Source: the human T2T-CHM13v2.0 reference genome, Homo sapiens. Taken from it: 64,000 nucleotides of DNA. The notes under the pieces were generated by a model, which did no database searches, had not been told where the DNA came from, and saw nothing but the letters and a program-made list of their open reading frames with translations. Positions 1 through 12,354 of the stretch are shown piece after piece; position 1 is the first letter of the stretch, and every line of letters starts with the position of its first letter. Both the position numbers and the translations under genes were made by a program. The stretch lies in NCBI RefSeq assembly GCF_009914755.1, contig NC_060934.1, one strand, 5' to 3'.

Positions 1-129
1 TCAGTGAGAGAGTGGAAAGCACCTGGCATAAGGCAGTCTACACAAGATCATCAGTCAATAGCTCTGCTGGTAGTTAATGCATTGTACTGACAATTTTGAT
101 TGTGTAGGGAGTTTGACTTGAATTACCCT

Positions 130-260
130 ATTTAATGTTTATACTGACAAATAATAGTATAAACTCCATTTTACAAATGAGGAAACTAAAGTTTGAAGAC
201 ACCTGATAATTTGAAGCTGTGCAGGAATTTGACCAAGGCCAGATTAAACTAAATAGAGAA
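130..260 (-). mobile_element. MIR SINE fragment
   Basis: Core motif ctccattttacaaatgaggaaactaaag resembles the antisense MIR core (CCCATTTTACAGATGAGGAAACTGAGG). Boundaries approximate. Confidence 0.6.
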
Positions 261-570
261 GCTGGCATTGGCCCAGATCCCTCCACCCAACAGCTGAGGC
301 TTTTCCCCCCAGTGACACACCAAGGACATTGTTGCTGTCAGGAGCACAGAGGCCTCAGAGATCCCCTGTCTCTCACTATCCCATCTGGATGGGGAGTTTC
401 CCAGGTCCTCCATCCACCGTGATGCCAGCAAAGTCTTTCAATCTGGATAAAGACCTTGATGTTTCATATCAGAGAAAGACCCTGTTGTGGTCTTTGTCTC
501 ATAAATGAACGTTCATGTTGAGGAGGTGAATTCAGCAAAAGGTTGTACAATCAGGACGATGTGACAAGTA

Positions 571-3252
571 CGGACACACCTTGATTTATGGAGCTTTACT
601 TCACGGCACTTCACAGATCATGTGTTTCTTACAAATTGAAGGTTCATGGCAACCCTGCACTGTGCAAGTTTATCAGTGCCATTTTCCCACAGTGTGTGCT
701 CACTTCGGGTCTCCATGTCACGTTTTGATAATTCTCCCAATGTTCTGAAGTTTTTCATTATTATTATATCTGGTTTAGTGCTCTGTGGTCAGTGATGTTT
801 GATGCCACTGCTGTAATTGTTTTGGGGCACCACAGACCATGTCCATAGAAGGTGGCAAACTCCATGGATAGATGTGTCTTCTGACTGCTCCACTGACCCG
901 CCATTCTCCCGTCTTCCTCTGTCTCTTCAGGCCTCCTTATTCCCTGAAATACAACAATATTAAAAGTCGACCCCAGTCAGTAACCCTGCAATGAACTCTA
1001 ACTGCACAAGTAAAAGAAAAATTTACACTTCTCTTCCTTTAAATGCAAAGCTAGAAATGATTAATCTTAGTGAGGAAGGCATGTTGAAAATTGAGACAGA
1101 GCAAGAGCTAGGCCTCTTGTGCCAAACAGCCAAGCGGCCAATGCAAAGAACAAGTTCTTGAAGAAGTTAGAAGTACTACACCAGCGAACATACAGATGAT
1201 AAGAAGTGAAACAACCTCATTGCTGAGATGGAGATCTAATACAAGATCAAACCAGCCACAGCATTCCTTTAAGTGGAAGCCTAATTCAGAGCAAGGCCGT
1301 GACTCTCTTCGATTCTGCAGAGGCTGAGAAAGGTGAGGAAACTGCAGAAGAGAAGTTTGAAGCTGTGAGGTTGAAGGAAAGAAGCCACAGTGTAACGTAA
1401 AAGTGCAAACGGAAGCTGCATGGGCTGATGGAGAAGCTGCAGCAAGTCCTCCAGAAGATCTAGCTAAGATCATTGATAAAAGTGGCTACTCTAAACAACA
1501 GGTTTTAAATGTAGATGAAATAGCCTTCTATTGGAAAGAAAATGCCATCTCGAACTTTCAGAGCTAGAGATGAGAAGTCAATGTCTTGCTTCAAAACTTC
1601 AAAGGACAGGCTGACCCTCTTGTTAGGGGCTAATATAGCTGGTGACTTTAACTTGAAGCCAATATTTATTTACGACTCCGAAAGTCATAGGGCCCTTAAG
1701 AATTATGCTAAATCTACTCTGCCTGTGCTCTAGAAATGGAACAACAAAGTTTGGATGACAGCACATCAGTTTACAGCATGGTTTACCCAATATTTTAAGC
1801 CCACTGTTGAGACCTACTGCTCAGAAAAAAGCTTCCATTCAAATTGTTACTGCTCATTGACAAGGCACCTGGTCACCCAGGAGCCCTGATGGAGATGTGC
1901 AAGGAGATAATGCTGTTGGCATTCATGTGCCTGGTAACACAACTTCCATTCTGCAGCCCAGGGATCAAGGAGTCATTTTGACTTTCAAGTCTTATGAGTT
2001 AAGAAATACATTTCAGGCTGGGCGTGGTGGCTCATGTCTGTAATCCCAGCACATGGGGATGCCAAGGTGGGTGGATCACCTGAGGTCAGGAGTTCAAGAC
2101 CAGCTTGACCAATATGGTGAAACCCCATCTCTACTAACAATACAAAAATTAGACAGGCGTGGTGGTGGGCACCTGCAATTCCAGCTACTCAGGCAACTGA
2201 GGCAGGAGAATTGCTTGAATACGGGAGTGGAGGTTGCAGTGAGCTGAGACTACGCCACTGCACTCTAGCCTGGGAGACAGAGTGAGACTGTCTCAAAAAA
2301 AAAAAATGGGGGGGAATACATTTCGAAAGGCTATAGTAGCCATAGACAGTGAGTCCTCTGATGGATCTAGGCAAAGTAAATTGAAAACTTTCTGGAAAGG
2401 ACTCATTCTCCTAGGTGCCATTAGTAACACTAGTTATTTATAGAACAAAGTCCAAGTATCAACATTATCAGAAGTTTTGAAGAAGCTAATTTTCAACCCT
2501 CGTAGATGAGTGTGAGGGATTGAACACTTTGGTGGAGGGAATAACTGCAGAAGTGGTGGAAATAGCAAGAGAACTGGAATTAGAAGTGGAGCCTGAAGAT
2601 GGGACTGAATTGCAATCTCATGAGGAAACTTGAATGGACACAGAATTGCTTCTTAAGGATGAGGAAAGAAAGTGGTTTTTTGAGTAGGAATGTACCCCTG
2701 GTGAAGATGCTGTAAACATTGTTGAAATGAGAACAAAGGATTGAGAATATTACATACCCTTAGTTGATAAAGAAGCAGCAGAGATAGAGAGGATTAACTG
2801 CAATTTTGAAAGAAGTCCTACTGTGGGTAAAAGGATATCAACAGCATCACATGCCACAGGAAATGTCTCATGAAAGGAAGAGTCAGTTGATGCCCCTAAC
2901 TTCACTGTCTTATTTTAAGAAATTGCCACAGCCACGCCACCCTTCATAACCGCCACCCTGTTCAGTCAGCTGTCATCACCATAGAGGCAGGACCCTTCAC
3001 CAGTGAGTGATCATGGCTCGTGAAGGCTCAGATGATCCTTAGCATTTTGGGGGCAATAAAGTATTTTTTAGTGAAGATATGCACTTTTTCTAGACATAAT
3101 GTTCTTGCATACTTAATAGACTACGGTATGGTGTAAACATAACTTTTAGATGCACAAGAAATCCAAAAAAATTATGTGACTTGCTTTGTTGTGATGTTCG
3201 CTTTCTTGTGATGTTCTGGAACCAAACCCATCATATCTCTGAGGTTCGTCTG
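571..3252 (+). mobile_element. Tigger1 DNA transposon (TcMar-Tigger), near full length, degenerate transposase, interrupted by an Alu
   Basis: Starts after TA (569-570) with cggacacacc and ends gaggttcgtctg (degenerate TIRs). ORF 1542-1733 [40 protein letters not shown] is a pogo/Tigger transposase segment. About 2.37 kb without the Alu. Confidence 0.95.
2016..2306 (+). mobile_element. AluS (Sx/Sz-like) inserted in Tigger1
   Basis: Full dimeric Alu with A tail; TSD AATACATTTC at 2005-2014 and 2315-2324. Confidence 0.95.
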
Positions 3253-3256
3253 TGTA

Positions 3257-3595
3257 CAGCCGACCTTCAATATTCATGGGCTCCATATCTGTGGCTTCAA
3301 CTAACCACAAATCAAAAATGTTTGGGAAAAAAAAAACTGAGTCTGTACTGAACATGTACAGATGTGTTTTTGGTCATTATTTCCTAAACTATATGATATG
3401 ACAACTTTTTACATAGCTCTTACATTGTATTCAATATCATAGATAATCTAGAAATGATTTACGGTATGTGGGAGGATGTTTGTAGGTTATCTGCAAATAC
3501 TCCATAATGTTCAATAAGGGACTTGAGCATCCGAGGGTTTTGGTATCTGTGGGAGGTCCTGGAACCAGTTCTTCATGGATATTGTGGGACGACTG
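3257..3595 (-). mobile_element. MER2 non-autonomous Tigger-type DNA transposon
   Basis: Termini cagccgacc...gggacgactg; internal gggacttgagcatccgagggttttggtatctgtgggaggtcctggaaccag matches antisense MER2; ~340 bp. Confidence 0.9.
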
Positions 3596-3654
3596 TGCAA
3601 TGATATGGACAGGTAATGAAGAGGGAAGTAAAGATTTAGAGACTGAATCACTGA

Positions 3655-3850
3655 TGTTTATTTAGTGTTTTATATACAAGCCCTGTGCATGATGAGTTTC
3701 TCCACACGCAACTTCATTTAATTCCCAGGATGGCCATATGAAGGCGGCTTCATCTTCTCTGGTTTGAAAATAAGGAACCAAGCCCAGAACACTTCAGGAA
3801 CTTGCCCGCATTTGTCCAGTGGATTCAGGAACTAGTTAGACTTTCAACTC
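3655..3850 (-). mobile_element. MIR SINE, highly diverged
   Basis: ttcatttaattccc...aaataaggaaccaagcccaga...aacttgccc follows the antisense MIR layout. Confidence 0.55.
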
Positions 3851-4801
3851 CAATTTCCACTCCGCCTTTGGCGTTTTTTCAATTTCACCCAGCTAATTTT
3901 AACAATAACCCTTCCCAAAATACATCCACACTTGCCTGGATGCATGCAAAGCCAGTTGAATGTGGAAATACACTTCTTTCTCCGAGGTTTTTGTTGTTTT
4001 TTTTCTGTCTGCTTTGGGGCTTCCTCAGGTCTTCCTCTCCCCAGGATGCCTGGGTAGCTTGCTGAAGAGTTACTCATGCTCTGAGCCATTCTGCATCCAT
4101 GAAGTGGTAGGAAGTGCCAGTGCTTTTTTCTATTTTTACTTTTAGCTAGGACTCTAGTAGAAGATTGATTAGTTTATTTAATAATCCATCCACTACATAA
4201 TCCATCAATATAACCAAATTGCACATGTAGTCCATTAATTTTTACAAACAAAAAATGTGTAAATAAAATAAAATGTTTCATGAGAAAGTATTTTTTCCTC
4301 TCTTGTATCATCTCTTTCCAAATTTCTTGTTTGAAATTCCTCAACAGTGGATATAGGGAAATACCAATATAACTAACTAAATATAATATGTATGCATGCA
4401 CATAAACATATATATATATATATAATTATGCACTTACATAAATTATATACCTATAATTTCAGAGAATACTTTTTGACTCCTCTCTTTATTCAGTGTCTAT
4501 ATCATAAAGTGAATGGGATGTGGTGCTTGACTTTTTGCAAAGATAAATGTTTCCTTTTCGGTTTAATGGTTGTTTCTAAAAGTGAGATGAGATTGATTTG
4601 ACTTATATGACATCAAGTCCAAACATGGCTATTATTTAATAACCTCCTGTAATTCTGAAAGTTCTCTAGTGAAGGACAAACAGTTAAAACCAGCTTAATG
4701 AAAAAAATATTCATTGTAATCAGCCTACTTCATTTTATTTATAAAGAAATATTCCAACTGCAATATATGCATGTAAATCCACACCATATAATGCTTTTAA
4801 A

Positions 4802-5131
4802 TGAAAAAAAAGAAAGCTCTGGCAGTTGTTAAAATGGTAAGGAAGACTTTATTGTAGACTATTGCAATGGGAAAAATATCAAACTAAATTCCAAACACAC
4901 TAAGAACAAGTGGGGATTTACAGTCAAGAAGCAGAGTGTGGGCTCTGGGCATGAAAAATTACCAAGAGGAGGCTTCCAGAATAGGGTGATTCTCCCTACA
5001 CAGACCTAGCAGAATTGTTGCCAAAACTGGGCTCAGTAAGGACACACAAGAAGGTCCAAGGTCAAAGTCACAATGAGAAGAGAACACAGAGGATCCAGAC
5101 TAAAGTTTGGTCGAGGAGAGAGCCTTTGTCA
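4802..5131 (-). mobile_element. ERV1-class solo LTR (MER31/MER67-like)
   Basis: Minus strand begins TGACAAAGGCTCTCTCCTCGACCAAACTTTAGTC, carries AATAAA and ends in CA. Confidence 0.7.
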
Positions 5132-5530
5132 ATGTACATAAATAAATACTAAAATGTACATAAATACTGCAGTGCACATAAATACTACAGTGTACATAAA
5201 TACTACATAAACAGTGCAATGTATGTAAATACTACATAAATACTGCAATGTACATAAATAGTACAGTGTACATAAATACTAAATAAATACTGCAATGTAC
5301 ATGAATACTACATAAATACTGCAATGTACATAAATACCACATAAATACTGCAATGTGCATAAATACTACATAAATACTGCAATGTACATAAATGCTACAA
5401 TGTACATAAATACTACATAAATGCTCCATCAATACTACAATGTACTTACTATGTAAATACTACAATGTACATGAATACTGCATCAATACTACCATGTACA
5501 TAAATACTTCACTGTACATAAATACTACAC
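5132..5530. repeat. Degenerate AT-rich minisatellite (18-bp AATGTACATAAATACTGC mixed with 11-bp ACATAAATACT units)
   Basis: Tandem units directly visible; they generate the CSIYVH repeats in ORF 5232-5432. Confidence 0.9.
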
Positions 5531-6400
5531 CATAGCATGGTAAAATTTCCATTCATTTAAAGTTCATCCCCTATATGCAATTACACAATTTACATTTTAC
5601 TTTTCCCTGCTGTACTGAGAGGTCTTTTTACATTTAGTCAGCTCAAGCTTCTTATCCTAGACTTTTAGCAAGTGTGATAAAAACAAGACCAAAATCCTCA
5701 GAAATGTCTCTCCTCAAAGGTCTTTGTCCTGAGTTTCTAGAATGCATTAAGTTATTATGTATCACTAATGTATTCTTGTCAGGGGATGATTTTTGAGACA
5801 TTTGACATTTAAGATAGATGCTAATGAAAACATAAGTTTATTTTTACCTTTCCTATTAAAAATCCGTTTTGGTAAATGAACATGACCTTTTCTTCTTTTC
5901 ACAGAAATTCATCCCAATGCCAACCAAGGTGCCACCTGACCACCCAAAATGCTCCTCCTTACCACCTCATTTTTGTTCACCAGGAGCAGCAGAGACACCC
6001 ACTGTTGTTGACAGTGGACATACGACTTACATTTTCAGGAATTTAACTCAGGCTGTCCCCAATCCTTGGGAGAACAAAGTCCCTCTTGGTGCATTCATCT
6101 TTAATCAGATGGCATAAAATTTTTCTACCTCAATCTGCGCCTCCTCAATTATTTCCAAGTATTTCCACAAGGCACCCACTTCTCCCAAGATATTTTAATG
6201 CCGTTCGTGTCGAAATATGGACAATGGCTCTTGTAGAATCCATGGACACATAGGCCAACTGTCCAGATTCCTGGACTCCATCAGAGACCTGCTGCGTGGC
6301 CTCTCAAGGACCAGGGCGTGTTTCTCTCTTGCAGCCCAACCACAGACACTTCCTGAGATGGAGGTATGGCTCATGCAGTGACAGGTCCATCACTGCAGGG

Positions 6401-7075
6401 TGTGGGAAGTGGGAGGCCCGACGACATCACCCCAGTCCCTGCGACCTGCACGTGCTGTCGCCTTGTGTGGCAAAAGGGTCTTTGCAGCTGTCCTTAGGAT
6501 TATGGAACCTGAAAATAGATTGTCTTGGGTTATTCAGGTGGGACCTATTTAACCACAGGGGCCTTTGAAAGCGGACAGTTTCCCTGGGCCAAAGGCAGGG
6601 AAAGGGGCACAGAGAGTCCACATGGGAGAGGCTCTTGACCTGACATTGCAGCAGGGGCCACGTGGAAACTGATGGGGAATGTGGGGGCCTCTAGAGGAAA
6701 AGACCAGTCCTGGCTGAGGAAATGGTGCCTGTATCAGAGGACAGGACACACTGGAGAAAGCAGTACCTGGCTGAGGACACGGAGGATACCCAAATCAGAG
6801 GATGGGATAGACCAGAGGAGGCAGGGACTCAGTCCCACTGCTACAAGAACTGAACTCAGCCAGCACCCTGGGGAGCGCCTCCTTCCCTGGAGTCTCTGGT
6901 AAATAATGCAGCCCTGCAGGAGACTTGAGCTCAGCCCATGAGATCCTGTGCCGAGGACACAGCGGAGCCCACACTGACTTCCAATCTATAGAACAGTGAG
7001 AGACGATAAAGCTCTGCGGTTTGAAGCTGACAAGTTGGTGGTGATTGGTTAAGGCAGCAGAAGAAAATGAGATTA
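6401..7075 (+). mobile_element. MLT1 (MLT1E-like) MaLR solo LTR
   Basis: tgtggcaaaagggtctttgcag...; 3' end tttgaagctgacaagttggtggtgattggttaaggcagcagaagaaaa is typical of MLT1. Confidence 0.8.
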
Positions 7076-7894
7076 AACAGTAACGTTCTATGGACTAATG
7101 GTGAGAATCAACCTGCAGAGAGGACTCAGGGGCCCAGGCTCACCTCCTCCCAGTCACCAAGGAGCAGGCACTTAGGTCAAATTCCTTCCCGAGTTAATCC
7201 TGGTAAAATGAAGAGGTCACCCCAGGAATACAGCTCTTAACAGGTAGAAGTCAGAGAAAAGAAATCTTCCCATCCGAACAGTCATCCCCACCGTGAGCAT
7301 GTGCACCCTCAGGACTCCCAGGTTGCAATCCTCTTCTGAAAGTCCCCGAGGGGTTCCGGTCTGTAGTCGGCCCCATCCTCGATTTGGGGCACCTGAGTCG
7401 ACACTGGGCTTGTGTCTGGAACTGGGTTTGTCAAATACTCACCAGCCCTTCCCAGGGACCCTTTTCCTCCAGTCTCTGGCTGGTGTATGGAGTGCCTGAG
7501 AAGCAAATGTGGACAGCAGAGCGTGCCTAGCACCAGAGCCCAGATATGCCTGATCTCCAGCTTTGATGATGCCAAGAATTCTTGCATTCGTCCTCATGTG
7601 CTAGATCTCAACGCCATTCGGAGTGGATCCTGCATCCATGTGAGATGTGGGTGTTGAGCGTGGGCCATCATCCTGGGGCCCACGGTGGCTGTGCTTCCTG
7701 AGCCCTATTCCTCTGCCTCGGTCTGGGTGCCTCCCACTTCAGGCTGTGCTGTGGATATCTCCTTGTGCTTCTGCACAAGGCCCCACTAGGTTTTGATGAC
7801 TTAAGGGAACACAGTATCTTGGATCAATAATAAGACATTCGGGGGTATTTTAAGTCCATCAGATCTTGCTCATGGGTACAGTTCCTGGCGTGAA

Positions 7895-8248
7895 GCCCAG
7901 GACTCTGTGGATGTAACAAGTGTCTCCAGGTGGCTCTGGACAGTGAGGGGATATTTGAGAACCTCTGCCCAAGGGATCCGTGACTACTCCAGGGATCTGT
8001 GGCTGTCATGAGCATCTCCAGGTGGTCCTGGGCCATGGGGGGATCACTGAGGACCACTGCTCAAGGGATCCGTGACTACTCCAGGACTCTGTGGCTGTCA
8101 TAAGCAACTCCAGGTGGCCCTGAGCAGTGGGGAGATCATTGAGGACCACTGCTCAAGGGATCTGCTCCAGGGATCTGTGGCTGTCACAAGCATCTCCAGG
8201 TGGCCCTGGGCCCTGGGGGGATCACTGAGGACTACTGCTCAAGGGATG
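7895..8248. repeat. Minisatellite, 4 x ~92 bp
   Basis: AAGGGAT anchor at 7971, 8063, 8155, 8241 (periods 92, 92, 86). Confidence 0.9.
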
Positions 8249-9062
8249 CTTTCTTATTCCCTCGGCCCCAGCCAGAATATCCCACGCAAGCTGGGTGATT
8301 CTGATAAACACAGTTCTCACTCCAGTACAAATGGCTGATGACTTGTGAAAACTTGTCACACTCCTGACCTCAGAGAGTGAACAAATGGGCCTTTTCCACA
8401 GGAAAGAAGGCAGGGAAAGTGGCAGAGAGAGTCCACGTGGGATAGGCTCATAGCAGAGCCTCAGTGGTCCTGGCCGATCCCTGTCCTGGGCTCCCCCCAG
8501 CATCTTCGCTCACTGGCCTGTACCACCTGCTCACAGCCCACATGTTAGCAGAGTCCGATGCACGGGCAGGCAGGAAACACACCACTGGGGCTGAACCCTG
8601 TGATTTTATGCTCTGAAGAGCTTGCCTGTGGGAACCAATCCCCTAAAATTGGATGTTTTCTTTTATATTGAAAAACAATAAAAAGGACAGTTAAAAATCA
8701 ATTGAGTGTTTGACCCACATGTAAATGAAAGAAACTTCAGTTCTGTCCCATGGGAACAGTGCCCCCAGATTAGGGTGGAAATTGCGTTGTCATAACGTTG
8801 TCAACAACCTCCTGTGATAACATCTCATTCCAATTCTCCAAAGAGACAACGAGTGTTATTAGTTTGTACTCTTCTGTAGGATTGATCTCAATTTGTTTTT
8901 CCCCTTCAGCCTAGATATTATTCCATTTCATGATTTACAGCTCAGAAGCCAAGAGTACTTTAGAGTCTGCAGTTGATAACCAGGGTAAACAATGGATGGG
9001 CTGGGCTGCTCAGGGCAGTGGGCACCCTAGCCTGCATGCTATCATGCTGAGCGATGGTGGGA

Positions 9063-9660
9063 TCCAGGAGCTGGGCTGCTAGAACAGGATCCGAATTGCT
9101 CGGTCTATAATAATTAGATCTGCACATAGGGTGCAAGTGATGAGAGAGAGAAGAGAGGGGCAAGAGAGAGGAAAGGGAGGAAGAGGAAAAGAAAGAGAAA
9201 GAGAGAGAGAGAGAGGGAAGGCTCCAGGAGCTGGGATCCTAAAACAGGACCTGTGTTGCTCAGTCTATAATAATTAGATATGCACATAGGGCATAGAGTG
9301 ATGTGAGAGAGAGAGAAGAGAGGGACAAGAGAGAGGAGAGGGAGGAAGAGGAAAAGAGAGACAGAGAAAGAGAGAGGAAGAGGAAGAGAGAGAAAGAGAG
9401 GGAGAGGGAGAGAAATAGGGTCCAGGAGCTGGGATCCTAAAAGGAGGACCTGTGTTCCTCAATTTATAATAATTAGATCTGCATATAAGGGCATGGAGGG
9501 ATGAGACACAGAAAGGGAGGGAAAGACGAGGGAGGGATGAGAGAGGAGAGAAAAAGAGTGAAAGAAAAAGAGAGAAAGAGAAACAGGGAAAGGGAGATAG
9601 AAAGGGGTTAGGGGTCAGGAAGGGAGAGATAGATAAGGACAGGGTGAAGGAAGAAGAAAG
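9063..9660. repeat. Three ~80-bp modules separated by GA-rich low-complexity tracts
   Basis: TCCAGGAGCTGGG...TATAATAATTAGAT.TGCA.AT at 9063, 9223, 9421. Confidence 0.9.
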
Positions 9661-10261
9661 CATATTCATTTGAAGTTTTCAAATACTCCAACTAACTTGC
9701 CCACTCAACATATGTTGACTGGCAAATTATGAAACCCACCCACACTTTGATTTGCATTTTTTGGATCACAGTGACAAAAGCGAAGTGATTCCCACATCCA
9801 TTGAAACACACACGTACTGGAAAATGTTCACTTAAGTCTCTCACCCAGAAAGAAACTAAAAGCTGTAGCTGTGAGGTGGGTAACTGGCGTGTGCCGTGTG
9901 TGCTGAGGTGACGTTTCTGCATTCATGCAGGGGGCGTCCCCAGTGGGCTGCCCTTTGTGGGGCTGCCAGGATCAGCCTAGAAATGACCAAAGGGCTGTGG
10001 GATGTTAGGATCAATGGGAAGTCTTCTGTCCCCTTAGAGCTCAGCGTCCAGGTGAGAAAACAAACCCAGGACAGAACAGGAGGGATTCTGTCAGTCCAGG
10101 CTGTGTGAGCTGAAGCCCCTCTCTCATGTTTCTTCTGGGAGAAAGGAGTGGGTTCACAGGAAGTTGTGTTGGATGGCTGATCCCTGTAGACACAGGGGAT
10201 GCGGTGCTGTGGTGCTGTTAGGCTGGTGAAAAAAGGGGTTCTCTCCCAAAAATGTTTCTAA

Positions 10262-10632
<371 letters not shown>

Positions 10633-12354
10633 AGAACATATTTAATGATAGTATCAAACTTCCTAGTCTGATTGTCTACAGAGGAGCCGAGATCTTCTCA
10701 GTGAGGCCCTGCAAGGAATGGTGAGCACGGGTGAGTGGAGCCTGGGTGGGCAGAGCTGTAAGATGGATTCATGTGTTTCTGTTCCAGGTTCATCGTTTTG
10801 TGTCCTCTAATTTGTAGCTAAGAACTTTCTTTTTCAAAATACATTTTCTTTAGAAATTGTGGAGTAATTATAAACATAAAAATTTGCACTCTAGGAAAAA
10901 CATAAATGCTTTTTATTTGGATTTATAGAAGAGTGACCTGTTTCTTAGTAGAGCTGTAAACTGAGGTCTCGATTTGAAATCCTCAGGAGGACAACTACAT
11001 TTGGAATTCTTAGGAAGACAACTAAATCTTTAACATGTTTAAAGTTGAAAAGTGACCACTCATTGTGAATAAAACAAAGGACCAAGAACACATTACTCAA
11101 AAGAAAAAAGGCCACCTCTTTAAAAGAATATACAGACAAAAAAAACCTTGTTTTTACTGCTCTTCTCCATGAGCTGTGTCCAGTTGCTTTGCACACTCTG
11201 AGGCAACAGCACTTGCTCCTCCTGGAAGCAGTGATGGGTTAGTGATGGATGAGGTGCATTTTTTCAGGCACAGAATAAGCTTGGGCCATTCCACGCTGAG
11301 CAGAGCTATAGCAGCGGAAGGTCACCAGCACTTCCACTAGGGAGGAAAGAGTGTCGAGCCATAACAACCTTTAACTTCGGTTGTTGCTGCAGTCAATACG
11401 GTTAAAAAGGACATTGAAAGAGCCAATGTAACATGCTCCTTATTCATGGACTCGGTCCCCTTCCCCGCCCACACGGTGCTTTCATGTTGGTGCCTCCCAT
11501 GGGGTGGGGAGAGAGGAGGTAGCAGGACCCAGACAGCAATTAGTCAGGTGCTAAAGTCCAAGCAGCTGTGACATCTCCTTAGAGGGACACTTCTGTTGAA
11601 CCTTTTTTTTTTCAGCAAACTTTGAGTGGTTGGGTTTGTTGGCCTTTTTTCTCACCTCTTCTCAGTCTATATTTATGAAATAGAAGTAACTTGAAGACAC
11701 AGGAGGAAGCTGAGTGTAGGGCCAGGTGCGGGGAGCCCCCTTCAAGCCCTCTGGATCCAGCCCCTGTGGCCCGCCTTTGGTTTATCTGAGGACTCTCGTA
11801 CTTACAGACATTTTAACAGGTTAAAACCAAACACTGACTCTTTCCTTTCCCAGGAAGGCAAACATAGTAGAAATATGAAATAAGAGCTGTACAAAGGTAT
11901 TTAATAAACTCTTTCTTTGCTCATGGGGCTAAGGACAAAGTGAAAGTCCCTCACTCTTTAGTTGGATGAAAATTTCATGATGAATGGAACTTCAATGGCA
12001 TGAAGAAGATGAAATAACAAAGAAATTAAATAATCACTGATCCCAACACAAGTGTGACTCAAACCGAAATATGTTTTGGGGAAACCCTCAACCCACCTGC
12101 TGGTCTCAGATGCAGCAGCAGAGGTACCGGATGGAGGAGAGAGGGCCGCCTGACACCACCATCAGCTCTGGGGGACCCCAGCAGCCCCAAGGAGGGGCTC
12201 CCCACCTCCTCCCCCGGAGGCTCCTCCCAAGGGCCCATGCTCTTGGTGGCGAGGGAGCAGTGTGGGGGACTTGGACGTTAAGAAGCCTGAGAATTCATAG
12301 GCAGAAGCTGCTCAGATGAAAAATTGATGCTGTCAATTTGAGTTTTTTGTTTTC

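Noticed and set aside
9063-9503. CRISPR-like repeat-spacer layout
   Set aside because: Primate DNA, ~80-bp degenerate repeats, low-complexity spacers and no cas genes; kept as a tandem module array.
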